DNA of 64,000 nucleotides from Candidatus Nezhaarchaeales archaeon (GCA_038887515.1 JAWAKK010000001.1:640001-704000); one strand, 5' to 3'. Counted from the first letter of the stretch, positions 40,696 through 50,538 are shown. Notes: a model not told the origin generated them from the sequence alone. Numbers and translations are program-made.

Positions 40696-41859
40696 TTGTC
40701 AACCATAGACTTAACTGTTGGACCTATACACCCAGCTTTACATGAACCTGAAAGGTTCATGTTTAAAGTTGACGGTGAGGTCGTAGTCGACGTAGAGCCG
40801 AGACTTGGATATGTGCATAGAGGTATAGAGAAGGCCGCAACCGAAAGGACTTTTATTCAAAGTTTATACTTGATTGAGAGGATATGTGGTATATGTAACG
40901 TCTCTCATACACTAGCCTGCGTCCAAGCCATTGAAGATGCTTTTAACATCGAGCCACCAAAGAGGGCCAAATACTTAAGGAGCGTGGTCCACGAATTGAA
41001 CAGGATTCATAGCCACTTACTAATATTGGGTATAGCATGCGAATTAATAGGCTTCGATACCATGTTCATGTTAATGTGGAGAGACCGTGAAAAGGTTATG
41101 GATTTAATCGAGATGATTACTGGGAATAGAGTTATGTCGGCCTACAACATTATAGGCGGAGTTAGAAGAAATATTAGAGATTTCGAGGTATCAGAGCTCA
41201 AAAAGACATTAGGTGGCCTCGTCGAGAGAGTTAAGCGATATAAAAATGCATTCATGGAGGATCCAACAATAAGAGCTAGGTTAGTTAATGTTGGTTACCT
41301 CAATAGATCTAAGGCTTTAAGTCTTGGGGCAGTAGGCCCGGTAGCTAGGGGGTCAGGCTTAGGTGTGGATGTTAGAGTCGAAGAACCCTATGCCGTCTAC
41401 GACGAACTGACGTTTAATGTAGTCGTGTATGAAGAGGGAGATTCATGGGCTAGGTTCATGGTTAGGCTAGACGAGATAATAGAATCCATAAAGATAATAG
41501 AAAATTGCCTAGATAAGATGCCTACAGGTCCAGTTAAGGTACCAGTTCCTGGAGCTGCACCTCAAAACGCTGAGGGCTTCTCTATAATTGAAGCCCCCCG
41601 CGGAGAACTGATACATCACATCTACGTTAAGAAGGGTAGCGAAAAACCATTGCGCTATAGGGTTAGAACTCCCACTTACGCTAATATACCTGCGGTCTGT
41701 GAGATACTAAGAGGAGGATACATAGCTGACATTCCTGCAACTCTTGTCAGTATAGATCCATGTTTTTCATGTACCGATAGAGTTGCTATTATAGACGTTA
41801 AAACTGAAAAGAAGACGAGCATAGATATCTTCACATTGGCAAGGAGGTATAGGAAGTGA
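40696..41859 (+). CDS. Group 4 [NiFe]-hydrogenase large subunit (MbhL-like)
   Basis: Both Ni-binding motifs are intact: ERICGIC and DPCFSCTDR, followed by a C-terminal extension. Confidence 0.93.
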   Translation: MSTIDLTVGPIHPALHEPERFMFKVDGEVVVDVEPRLGYVHRGIEKAATERTFIQSLYLIERICGICNVSHTLACVQAIEDAFNIEPPKRAKYLRSVVHELNRIHSHLLILGIACELIGFDTMFMLMWRDREKVMDLIEMITGNRVMSAYNIIGGVRRNIRDFEVSELKKTLGGLVERVKRYKNAFMEDPTIRARLVNVGYLNRSKALSLGAVGPVARGSGLGVDVRVEEPYAVYDELTFNVVVYEEGDSWARFMVRLDEIIESIKIIENCLDKMPTGPVKVPVPGAAPQNAEGFSIIEAPRGELIHHIYVKKGSEKPLRYRVRTPTYANIPAVCEILRGGYIADIPATLVSIDPCFSCTDRVAIIDVKTEKKTSIDIFTLARRYRK

Positions 41860-42194
41860 AGATTCCTTCGCTCTTTAAAGAGGTGTGGTCTAACTTAATC
41901 AAGAGACCGGCCACGCTTAAGTATCCGTTTAAGAAATTACCAGTCCCCCAAACATATCGAGGGTTACATATACTGGTAAGGGAGCGATGCACAGGTTGCG
42001 GTCTCTGTTCTAAAGTATGTCCAGCATTCGCCATATTGATGAGACCTGTAGGTGGGAGGGTTTACCCCTTTATTGACTTGGGCAAATGTGTTTTTTGCTT
42101 TCAATGCGAAGACGCGTGTCCTCGAGGAGCTATAAAACGTGGAAAAAGTTATGAGCTCGCAACTTGGAAAAGAAGTGAATTAATATTCGGGTGA
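41856..42194 (+). CDS. MbhN/NuoI-like 2x[4Fe-4S] subunit
   Basis: TLKYPF, CTGCGLCSKVCP and CVFCFQCEDACP motifs. Confidence 0.9.
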   Translation: MKIPSLFKEVWSNLIKRPATLKYPFKKLPVPQTYRGLHILVRERCTGCGLCSKVCPAFAILMRPVGGRVYPFIDLGKCVFCFQCEDACPRGAIKRGKSYELATWKRSELIFG

Positions 42195-42200
42195 GTTAAA

Positions 42201-43259
42201 GTGGTTAGTATGGAAAGCTTGTCCCAAAAGTTTCTTGGACCCAAGGGATTCAACGACTTAGTAAACGAAGTCGTAGCTAAAAGAATTTGTTGTAAATGCG
42301 GTCTTTGCGTTTCGTCTTGCCCAGTACACGCAGTTGCGATGACCGAAGAAGGTCCAGAGCTCGTCAGTCCATGTAAACAATGCGAGGCATGCTATTATGG
42401 TTGTCCAAGGGGTCCAGCTTTCTCGCATGAGTTACTTGAAGCTTCTTTAAATTCTAAGAGTAAAGACGAAGTTCTAGGAAGATACATCAAGATAGTTAGC
42501 GCGAAGACCTTGCTTAAGGAGGTAGGGGCGAGGGCGCAAGACGGTGGCGTCGTTACATCCCTCTTGATATACGCCCTTAGAAACAAGCTAGTAGATGGAG
42601 CCGTGGTAGCGTCGAAAAGTCGCCCAGATCCTTGGAGACCAGAGCCTCGATTGGCCTTAACCGTAGACGATATCTTAGAGGCGGCTGGAACGAAGTACTC
42701 CAATTGCCCAAACCTAGTAGCCTTAGAGGAGGCAGTTTACGGCTATGAGCTCGATAAGGTTTGCGTAGTTGGGGTACCTTGTCAAGTTGCCGCGGCTCGA
42801 AACGTTAAGGTTCAGCCAAGAGCTGCGACAAAACTAGGAGACAAGATAGCATTCATTATCGGACTGTTCTGTATGGAATCCTTCAACCATAGAAGGCTTC
42901 TGGAATTCATGGCATCTCGCAATATTGACATACAAAAGGTGTCTAAGTTTGACATAAAGGAAGGTAAATTTAAGGCTTATATAGAAGGTGCTGAAGTCCT
43001 AGGCGTTCCCATAAAAGAAGTTAAGGGGTGCGTAAACGAGTACTGCCATGTATGTAGAGATCTTACTGCGCTCTACTCCGACATATCTGTCGGAGCCATA
43101 GGCTCCCAGCGCGGATGGTCAACGGTTATAATACGAACTAGCCAAGGAGCTGAGCTATTCGAGGGAGCTGTCAGAGAAGGATACTTGGAGGTCAAGGACA
43201 TTGAGAGCGGAATCTCCATATTAAAGAAGATAGCCGAAAGAAAAGCTTCACAAAAATAG
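42201..43259 (+). CDS. F420-binding FrhB/FpoF-like subunit with N-terminal ferredoxin domain
   Basis: CCKCGLCVSSCP and CKQCEACYYGCP, then QDGGVVT, GTKY, VGVPCQ, IGLFC and CHVC...DISVG motifs. Confidence 0.9.
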   Translation: MVSMESLSQKFLGPKGFNDLVNEVVAKRICCKCGLCVSSCPVHAVAMTEEGPELVSPCKQCEACYYGCPRGPAFSHELLEASLNSKSKDEVLGRYIKIVSAKTLLKEVGARAQDGGVVTSLLIYALRNKLVDGAVVASKSRPDPWRPEPRLALTVDDILEAAGTKYSNCPNLVALEEAVYGYELDKVCVVGVPCQVAAARNVKVQPRAATKLGDKIAFIIGLFCMESFNHRRLLEFMASRNIDIQKVSKFDIKEGKFKAYIEGAEVLGVPIKEVKGCVNEYCHVCRDLTALYSDISVGAIGSQRGWSTVIIRTSQGAELFEGAVREGYLEVKDIESGISILKKIAERKASQK

Positions 43260-46121
43260 CTATTCGAGGTACAATGCCGGCCTATATGGTACTGCATTGA
43301 ATCGACGGTTTTTAGGGTCGTAAGCTTCTTCTTCCCTCCATATTTTAATTTTAAATTTAAATTCTCGTTCTAGAAACTCTTTAGCTGATGTAAGAACTTC
43401 ATATTCATCTAATATCCCGACATTTAACCTCACTTCTCTTTCCTCTCTGCTTACAGACGAAGCTTCCATGACGATTCTATGTATCATTTTAGAATCATTC
43501 ACTTGAAGATCTTTCGCTGCTTGATATGCCACTTTGATCGCTTCTTTAGGTGATGGTGCCCCTAGGGCCTTTAAATAAACTTCCCATTTCCGCTTAGAAG
43601 CTACGTAGATATGTGCTATCGAAGGAGTTATCTTCGTCGCCCTTATTATTTCCCTTAGGTCCTCAATCACCTGTTCTATTAGCAACTCGGAGGCTTCTGC
43701 AAGGTAGTCTATTTTGGACTCGTCGGGGGAGGGCCATGGAGCTCTACTGACGAAGCCTTCTCCGCCTAACATGCTCCAAAGCTCTTCGCACATGAAGGGG
43801 GCGAAGGGGGCTAACAGCCTAACCCAAGTCTTAGCTACTTCCAGCAATACCTCCCTAGAGGGCCTTTGAGTTCTTCTAAGATACCATCGAATGTCGTTCC
43901 AGACTTCGAATAGAGCGATTTCTAAGGCGGTCCTATTCCTCATAGACTCAAGGGCTTCGGTTACCGCTCTTACCCTCCTTTGCAACTTACTTATCAACCA
44001 CCTTTCAAGGACCCCTCTGGAACCAGAACTTTGTGTCGATGCTATGTCAGCAATAAACTTGAAAACCTGATTTAGCTTTTCTCTCATGTCTCTGCAAGTA
44101 TCAAATTTCCAATTTGGATCGTCCATACCTTCAGCAGCTATCATAAGGGAGCATCTAACAGCGTCGGCTCCATAGCTCGCTATCACATCGTTCAAAGTAA
44201 CGAAGTTGCCCTTAGACTTAGACATCTTCTCTCCTTCAACCATCATTATCCCATTAACAGCAATACCTCGAGGCCATAGCTCCTCCTGAAATATTGCCGT
44301 GTGATGAAAGAGGAAGAACGTTAAGTGATTTGGAACTAAGTCTTTACCAGAGCCTCTTAGGTCTACGGGGTACCAGTACAAGAACTCTCTTCTTACCTCC
44401 TCTACGAGTTCTGGCTTTAAGCCGCTAGTACTCGAAGCTAGCTCTAGACTTCCTTCGCCAAGAATGACGTAGTCAAAAAACTCCTCGGTTAAGTTATCGG
44501 CCTTCAAAAGACCTTTGTTTACGTACTTGGCTATTATGTAGAAGGCCATGTATATCGTTGAGTCGCTGAGGGTCTCAACTATCCAAGAATGGTCCCAAGG
44601 AAGAGGGGTTCCAAGACCTGTCCTCCTAGCACAAGCCCAATCCCTAAGCCAATCTACTACTTCAAAGAAGTAGTTCCTAGCCTCTTCGGGGTAAATGTTG
44701 ATCCTTGATATTAGCCTTTTAGTCTTAGCTTTCCACTCGGGATCTGAATATCTAAGGAACCATTGGTCAGTTAAAATCTTGACTATGCACCTAGTCGTAC
44801 ATCTACACACAACCCTTTCAGGTAATTCGTACATTTGATCTGACAGGCTTGCTTTCTTCATGTCTTCAAAAACTTTTTCTTTAGCATCCGAGACCTTGAG
44901 CCCAGCATAGTTCAAGCAGTTCTCCTTCATGATTCCTGAATGATACTCCTTCTTGTATACGATTCTGGTGGCTTCATCAGCTTTAGCATCTAGTTGGTCT
45001 TTGACGTTCAACTTATCTACGATTTCTATCGCTGGATAGTCCCCAAAACCTTCGACCCTTATTATTGATATCGGGGTTATGCCCTCAATCACCTTAGGAT
45101 CTAAACCGTACTTTTTAAGGTTCTCCGGGTCTCTAATTAAATCCCTTAGAGCTAACCAATCATACGGTGCATGGGCTGGCACGCTGAAGACTATGCCTGT
45201 ACCATTTTCGGGGTCCACAAAGTTTGCTGGAAGTACTGGAAGATCCCGGCCGGTTATCGGAGCTCTACAGGATAATCCTATTAATTCCTTTCCTCTAAGT
45301 TCCCTTAGAACCTCTACTTTTCTAAGTTGTTCTTTAAGCTTCATTGCCGCAGGCTTACTTACTATCCATTTCTCGCCATCAATTCTTGCTTCAACGTAGA
45401 TCGCCTCTGGGTTTACCCACAGGTTCGTAGCCCCAAATATCGTCTCAGGCCTAAAGGTGGCTGCAGGTAGGTAAGTATCGCTACACCTGAACTTCACCAA
45501 GACGTAGAGTTCTGGCGAAACCCCTTCACCCTCAAGTCTATCGTGATCTCCCGTCGGGCTTTGGCAGTGTGGGCACCAAACAACTGGGTGAGTGCCCTTG
45601 ACTACGTAGCCCCTCTTCTTAAGTTTATTGAACTGCCAAGTTACGAACTTCGAGAAGGCTGAGTGATAGCTCGAAGTATGGAATTCCCTCCTCCAGTCTA
45701 TTGATAAACCCATGTCTATAACCGTCTTCCTGTTCTCGTTCATGTAATATGAGGCCATGTATACGGGGTCCGTGAACCTCTTAATTTCCTCCTCAGGGAC
45801 CTTGTCTACAGTCTTAAGCGTCCTAATGAGTTTCTCATCTCCTTTACTTATCCTCTCAGCTGCACCTACAATTGGTTCTCCAGTCCAGTGCCAAGCGAAT
45901 GGAAAGAGCACGTTGTAGCCTTGCATCCTCTTAAATCGCGCGTACACATCTAATCTAGTTGCTGAAAAGCCGTGTCCAACGTGGAGCCTTCCATTCACGT
46001 AAGGGAATGGAAATGTGACGAAGATCTTCGGTCTGCCTGGTTGAGGATCAGCCTCGAAGATTCCCTCCTTTAACCATCTCTCCTTCCATCTTTCTTCTAT
46101 GCTTCTCCAGTCCAGCTCCAT
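43260..46121 (-). CDS. leuS: Leucyl-tRNA synthetase (archaeal type)
   Basis: FPYVNGRLHVGH, SDSTIYMA, GKDLVPNHL and KMSKSKGN motifs. Confidence 0.96.
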   Translation of the reverse strand: MELDWRSIEERWKERWLKEGIFEADPQPGRPKIFVTFPFPYVNGRLHVGHGFSATRLDVYARFKRMQGYNVLFPFAWHWTGEPIVGAAERISKGDEKLIRTLKTVDKVPEEEIKRFTDPVYMASYYMNENRKTVIDMGLSIDWRREFHTSSYHSAFSKFVTWQFNKLKKRGYVVKGTHPVVWCPHCQSPTGDHDRLEGEGVSPELYVLVKFRCSDTYLPAATFRPETIFGATNLWVNPEAIYVEARIDGEKWIVSKPAAMKLKEQLRKVEVLRELRGKELIGLSCRAPITGRDLPVLPANFVDPENGTGIVFSVPAHAPYDWLALRDLIRDPENLKKYGLDPKVIEGITPISIIRVEGFGDYPAIEIVDKLNVKDQLDAKADEATRIVYKKEYHSGIMKENCLNYAGLKVSDAKEKVFEDMKKASLSDQMYELPERVVCRCTTRCIVKILTDQWFLRYSDPEWKAKTKRLISRINIYPEEARNYFFEVVDWLRDWACARRTGLGTPLPWDHSWIVETLSDSTIYMAFYIIAKYVNKGLLKADNLTEEFFDYVILGEGSLELASSTSGLKPELVEEVRREFLYWYPVDLRGSGKDLVPNHLTFFLFHHTAIFQEELWPRGIAVNGIMMVEGEKMSKSKGNFVTLNDVIASYGADAVRCSLMIAAEGMDDPNWKFDTCRDMREKLNQVFKFIADIASTQSSGSRGVLERWLISKLQRRVRAVTEALESMRNRTALEIALFEVWNDIRWYLRRTQRPSREVLLEVAKTWVRLLAPFAPFMCEELWSMLGGEGFVSRAPWPSPDESKIDYLAEASELLIEQVIEDLREIIRATKITPSIAHIYVASKRKWEVYLKALGAPSPKEAIKVAYQAAKDLQVNDSKMIHRIVMEASSVSREEREVRLNVGILDEYEVLTSAKEFLEREFKFKIKIWREEEAYDPKNRRFNAVPYRPALYLE

Positions 46122-46153
46122 GGCTTCACCTCGCCACTATGGCTTCCTTGTAA

Positions 46154-47497
46154 TTAGGCTTTACTTGATACTTGTACTTCCGAGACAAGTATTGGTGGTG
46201 AGTACAAGTTAAAGTGCTTAGCTCTTTCATTACCTATGGCCTTGATGTTCTTGACTAAACCGGCTATATTGGTCGCAAACAGTGTATGTTTTACGGGCGT
46301 CTTTACCTCGCCCTTTTCTATAATATACCCGCAAGTAACCATTGCAGATAGGTCTCCGGTCGCTACGTTGGGAACGTCGTAGGTATCAAGTATTAAAAGC
46401 CCATCCTCAACTTCTCGAATCATCTCTTCTAGGTGCCAGTCACCGGTCTCTACTACTATGTTTGAAGGAGCTATGGTGACCTGCCCCCTAAAGTCTAGGG
46501 GGCCTCCACTCCTTGAGGCGTTACCTGTGCTTCTCGTCCCAGCCTTACCAGCGGTATACGAATTGTGAAGAAGTCCTTTTACGACCCCCTCTTCTATCAA
46601 TATAGTCCTTTGTCTAGGAGAACCCTCAACGTCAAACCTTCTAGTAAAGGGACCTCCTTCAACGAGACCGTCGTCTACTACTGTAAGAGAGCTGACGCCA
46701 ATCTTTTGGTTCATCTTCGTAGACAGGTAACTCCTACCCCTCTGAACTAAGTCTGCATTTAGAGCCGACGCGATGCCTTCACCTATCATCGCTAACAACA
46801 CTTTGCCGGATAATACGGCTGGCGCCTTAGCGGTCTTATAGGGTTTTGCGTTGAGGCCGCGTATGGCTTCTTGAGCAACTTTCACTGCCACGGATTCCAT
46901 GTCTATGTCGTTCATAACCCTAACGACGTCACCGTCATAACTCGACGACATGTCAGTTCCATCCCTCGCAGTTACATATACTAGAAAGCTTAATTGCGTC
47001 CCTTCATCGACTCCTTCTACGCCGTTTGAATTCACCACGAAACACTTGAATTTCGAGCTTTCAAGTGTTATGTTCACGGAATATACTTTATCTATCTCGA
47101 TCTTTCTAGCTATTGAGACTACTATATCAACAAGTTCTTCCGGGGTTAACGAAGCTATCTTGTTGTCGTAAGTTCTCTGTGGAGATGGAAAGCTGGAGGG
47201 TCTTGGAAGTCCCTTAAAGTCTGGGTTCGGATAGCCTACTTTAGCCGCCTTTACAGCCTTACTAGCTACGTCGTTTACGTCGGCTTCTAGGCTTGTAGCG
47301 TAAGAATACCCGCTCGCTCCTTTGACTATAGCTCTAATGCCTACACCGACTTCATGGACGATCTTGGAAGCCTTTATAGCGCCTTTCCTAAGCTCTATTT
47401 TAAGGGTTTCAACATCTACACCGTACGCATCAACAGCTTCGGCACCGGACTTAAGAGCTTCATCGACGGCTCTCTTACAAAAAGTGAAGAGGTCCAT
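46154..47497 (-). CDS. pmbA: PmbA/TldE family protein
   Basis: FDVEG, STGNASR and TGDLS motifs; lacks HExxxH; downstream of tldD. Confidence 0.85.
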   Translation of the reverse strand: MDLFTFCKRAVDEALKSGAEAVDAYGVDVETLKIELRKGAIKASKIVHEVGVGIRAIVKGASGYSYATSLEADVNDVASKAVKAAKVGYPNPDFKGLPRPSSFPSPQRTYDNKIASLTPEELVDIVVSIARKIEIDKVYSVNITLESSKFKCFVVNSNGVEGVDEGTQLSFLVYVTARDGTDMSSSYDGDVVRVMNDIDMESVAVKVAQEAIRGLNAKPYKTAKAPAVLSGKVLLAMIGEGIASALNADLVQRGRSYLSTKMNQKIGVSSLTVVDDGLVEGGPFTRRFDVEGSPRQRTILIEEGVVKGLLHNSYTAGKAGTRSTGNASRSGGPLDFRGQVTIAPSNIVVETGDWHLEEMIREVEDGLLILDTYDVPNVATGDLSAMVTCGYIIEKGEVKTPVKHTLFATNIAGLVKNIKAIGNERAKHFNLYSPPILVSEVQVSSKA

Positions 47498-48898
47498 TTA
47501 GCCCAAGCCCCCTATAACTACATCCCTAACCCTTATGTGGGGGGCCCCCGTAGTCACTCTCACGTATTGGTCTTCTTTACCACAGAAACCTGGCCTAAAT
47601 GAGAGATCGTTGGCCACGGCCTCAGTATTCATTAATACGTCCAACGTGTACCCGGAAAGGGATGCATCTCTGCAAAGTTGCTTTAACTCGCCTCCTTTAA
47701 CTACGTATAATTTGGAGCACTTGAAGACGAACTCGCCCTTCGCAGTATCTACATAACCATAGCTACTTCCTTGAGCGTAAACGCCCTCTTTAAGGTCTTG
47801 AAAGAGTTCTTCGACCTTCCAGTCCCCCCTCTCTATGAATGTATTAGTCATCCTTACTATGGGAATGGAGCTATAGCCTTGTGCCCTTGCGTTTCCAGTA
47901 GAGCTCACACCCATTCTAGTTGATGTTTCGAGACTGTGTAAATAGGACTTAAGAAAGCCCCTTTCAACCATTAGCGTTCCGCTTCCATTCGTACCCTCGC
48001 AATCTATTGGGATGTAACCAAAGAGACCCTTAATGGTTGGATCGTCTCTGACGGTGACGCCCTCCGAGCCCACCTTCTTCCCGATCATCCTTTCAAGTAT
48101 CGAGCCACCTTGCAAAACTATGTCTGCTTCACAAGCGTGTCCAAATGCTTCGTGGATAAAGACTCCAGCAAGCTCTGGATCGAGAATGCATGTATACTTA
48201 CCAGCAGGCGGGCTTCTAGCGTTTAAGAGTTCTAAGGCTTCTTCTGAAGCTTTCTGGGCAACCTGAACTGGGTCTCGTTGCCTTAATATTTCGAGCCCCC
48301 CGGTTCCACCATGACTTTCGTGCCCCCGTTGAATAACCCCCGCCTCACTTGCGTATGCAGTAGCTGAAATTATTAGTGACGGTATTGCGTAGTCTGCTCG
48401 AAGTCCAAGGCTATTAGCTATGCATGCGCTTTCCTCCATTTCGAAGTAAACTGCGTTCGTACTCTTGATTCTACTGCTTACGCTCTTCATGGCTTTCTCC
48501 ATTTCAGCACACAGCTTAAGCTTCTCTTCTACCGTGACCAACGATGGGTCTTCGCCTGGAACCACTCTTTGAGAGAGCTTGAGCGATCTACATGAAATGT
48601 CGAGATTTTCGGTTTTATCTTTGCTAACGCTCTTAGCCAACTTATACGCCCGTATACACGCTTTCTCAATCTCATGTGGAGTTAAGGCCGAAGTAGAGGT
48701 GAACCCCCACTTACCACCTATAAGACATCTTATGGCCAAGCCCCTTTCATTCATGAACTTTAGCTCTTTTAAGATGCCATCAGCTACCTCTATTCTAAGA
48801 CCCTTAATTTCAACAAACCTGACGTCCGCGAAGTCTACTTTGAAGCTTAACATTACGTCAAGCGCCTTCTGGACAAGGGTTTCATGGTGGCCATACAT
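47498..48898 (-). CDS. tldD: TldD metalloprotease
   Basis: FIHEAFGHACEAD, TGNARAQ, IVRMTNT and CGKEDQ motifs. Confidence 0.9.
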   Translation of the reverse strand: MYGHHETLVQKALDVMLSFKVDFADVRFVEIKGLRIEVADGILKELKFMNERGLAIRCLIGGKWGFTSTSALTPHEIEKACIRAYKLAKSVSKDKTENLDISCRSLKLSQRVVPGEDPSLVTVEEKLKLCAEMEKAMKSVSSRIKSTNAVYFEMEESACIANSLGLRADYAIPSLIISATAYASEAGVIQRGHESHGGTGGLEILRQRDPVQVAQKASEEALELLNARSPPAGKYTCILDPELAGVFIHEAFGHACEADIVLQGGSILERMIGKKVGSEGVTVRDDPTIKGLFGYIPIDCEGTNGSGTLMVERGFLKSYLHSLETSTRMGVSSTGNARAQGYSSIPIVRMTNTFIERGDWKVEELFQDLKEGVYAQGSSYGYVDTAKGEFVFKCSKLYVVKGGELKQLCRDASLSGYTLDVLMNTEAVANDLSFRPGFCGKEDQYVRVTTGAPHIRVRDVVIGGLG

Positions 48899-49096
48899 TT
48901 AGCGTCCTCCTCTTAACCGAGACTTCAAATTCACCGCCCTAGCTCATAGGTTTAAGCGGCCAGGGCGCTAAGGCTTTCCGCATACATCTCCTCGAAGCGT
49001 TTAATAATTGTTGCTGGAGCTTCAAGTATAGCTAGCACAATTATAAACATCCATTGAATGGTTGATGAGTCTAGTTTGAGAGAATTACTGTTGTTT

Positions 49097-49654
49097 TTAA
49101 ACTTTATCTCTTTGCATTGATCCAGCCAAAACCAACAACTCTTCGAGGAAGCTTACCCTCTTCTCTACTAATTCCTTCAACTTTTCCTTGACGTTACTCC
49201 TAGTAATGGTTGATCTCAACTTGCTAACTTCGCGCGACAGGTACTTGTCGCCTATCGAGTAAAGCCATCTAGACAGGTTGCCAGTCCTCACCTGTTGATA
49301 TAGACTTTCGTTCTCGACTTCATTTACAACATTTTTGAAGTCGCGAAGGTTTCGTACCTCTAATTCACTGTTGCTTGCCTTGAGCTTTAGGGGTTCTCCC
49401 TCTCCATTAAGTATCTTATGTACCTCATGGAGGTCTACAAGCTTTTCCGCCAACAACCTGCCTTGCTCGGTTAACTGGTACTCTCCTGTTAAAACCCTGC
49501 TTACAAGGCCAAGCTTAATTAGCTTGTTTATACAGTTGTAAAACTTGGTCCTTTTGAAGTTTACAGCCGACATAAGCGCTTTCGTACCCACTCTACTCCA
49601 CCTACTCATAACCTTCAATAACACGACATCATCTACGTCTATCTCCTTAAGCAA
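49097..49654 (-). CDS. Winged-HTH protein with DUF5752-like C-terminal module
   Basis: N-terminal wHTH (KLIKLGLV...YQLTEQG); C-terminal NLRDF...SLY...GNLSRWL..IGDKYL pattern. Confidence 0.65.
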   Translation of the reverse strand: MLKEIDVDDVVLLKVMSRWSRVGTKALMSAVNFKRTKFYNCINKLIKLGLVSRVLTGEYQLTEQGRLLAEKLVDLHEVHKILNGEGEPLKLKASNSELEVRNLRDFKNVVNEVENESLYQQVRTGNLSRWLYSIGDKYLSREVSKLRSTITRSNVKEKLKELVEKRVSFLEELLVLAGSMQRDKV

Positions 49655-49864
49655 GAGGGAGACCCCTTAAGCGGTTTCAATATGATGGTTTACCTGTCTC
49701 TTAATTTAAAAGCTTTCCTTAACCCTGTTTTAGGGACAAATGCCGTATTAAGGATCAGGAAATTGCGGCGACTACTTCTTAACAAGATTGCCTTCCTGTT
49801 TTAATGAAGAAAGTCGACGACTGTTAAAGTTTAAGTTTTGTCGAGTACACGCTCTATATTCAGA

Positions 49865-49940
49865 AGCCCGGTGGTGTAGCGGCCAAGCATGGCGGGCTCT
49901 GGCCCCGTCGACGGGAGTTCGAATCTCCCCCGGGCTACCA
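49865..49940 (+). tRNA. tRNA-Gln(CUG), intronless, CCA encoded
   Basis: AGCCCGG/CCGGGCT acceptor stem (A1-U72, typical of archaeal tRNA-Gln), loop CT-CTG-GC, GTTCGAATC T-loop, ACCA end. Confidence 0.95.
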
Positions 49941-50013
49941 TCCTTAAATGCATAATCTCCATAAAGCACAAAGCTCTTAGCTCGAACACGAAAAGTCTTT
50001 TTGGTGTTTTAGT

Positions 50014-50538
50014 ATGAGCAAGGAAGTGATCCCAACCTCAGCGTCATGCTACTTCAGCGTTTCAAAGAATGGGGAGTTCAATCAGTTTTTAATTTACGAC
50101 TACTACGATCCTAGAGGGTATTACGCTAAATTACTTAACAAGCCCCGAAGGTGTAGGGAAGAACTTAAAAACCTCTGCATTAACATGCAGAGCTTCTTGG
50201 ACCAAGAAGAAGTTAAAGTCAACGGTTTGAGAGTTTACCCTCAAGTCGTCACAGCTTACCTCAGCCATAGAGGATTCATGGATTCGCCCTATATAACTTG
50301 GATCATAACCTTCAAGGGAGAGTTAAGGAGTGGTCTAAACATCTTCGAGAATACGACTGAGCGCGAAGTAGCAGAATACGATTTCGAAATTGTTTGGCAG
50401 TTTCCAAGGAGGAGTAGAATTGTAAATGTAAAGGTATCTAGTAGTAGCCAAGTGATAGGCGGAAATACATTGTACGTGTGGGCTAGGAGAGGGGAAACCG
50501 TAGGTGGATATGAAAAGATCGAGTTTACCCTGTACTAA
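50014..50538 (+). CDS. Hypothetical protein
   Basis: 174-aa ORF with protein-like, beta-rich composition; no motif recognised. Confidence 0.7.
   Translation: MSKEVIPTSASCYFSVSKNGEFNQFLIYDYYDPRGYYAKLLNKPRRCREELKNLCINMQSFLDQEEVKVNGLRVYPQVVTAYLSHRGFMDSPYITWIITFKGELRSGLNIFENTTEREVAEYDFEIVWQFPRRSRIVNVKVSSSSQVIGGNTLYVWARRGETVGGYEKIEFTLY

Noticed and set aside
40696-41859. Mbx/Mbs or Fpo (non-hydrogenase) assignment
   Set aside because: All four Ni-ligating cysteines are present.
49772-49969. 65-aa minus-strand ORF
   Set aside because: It is the antisense reading of tRNA-Gln.
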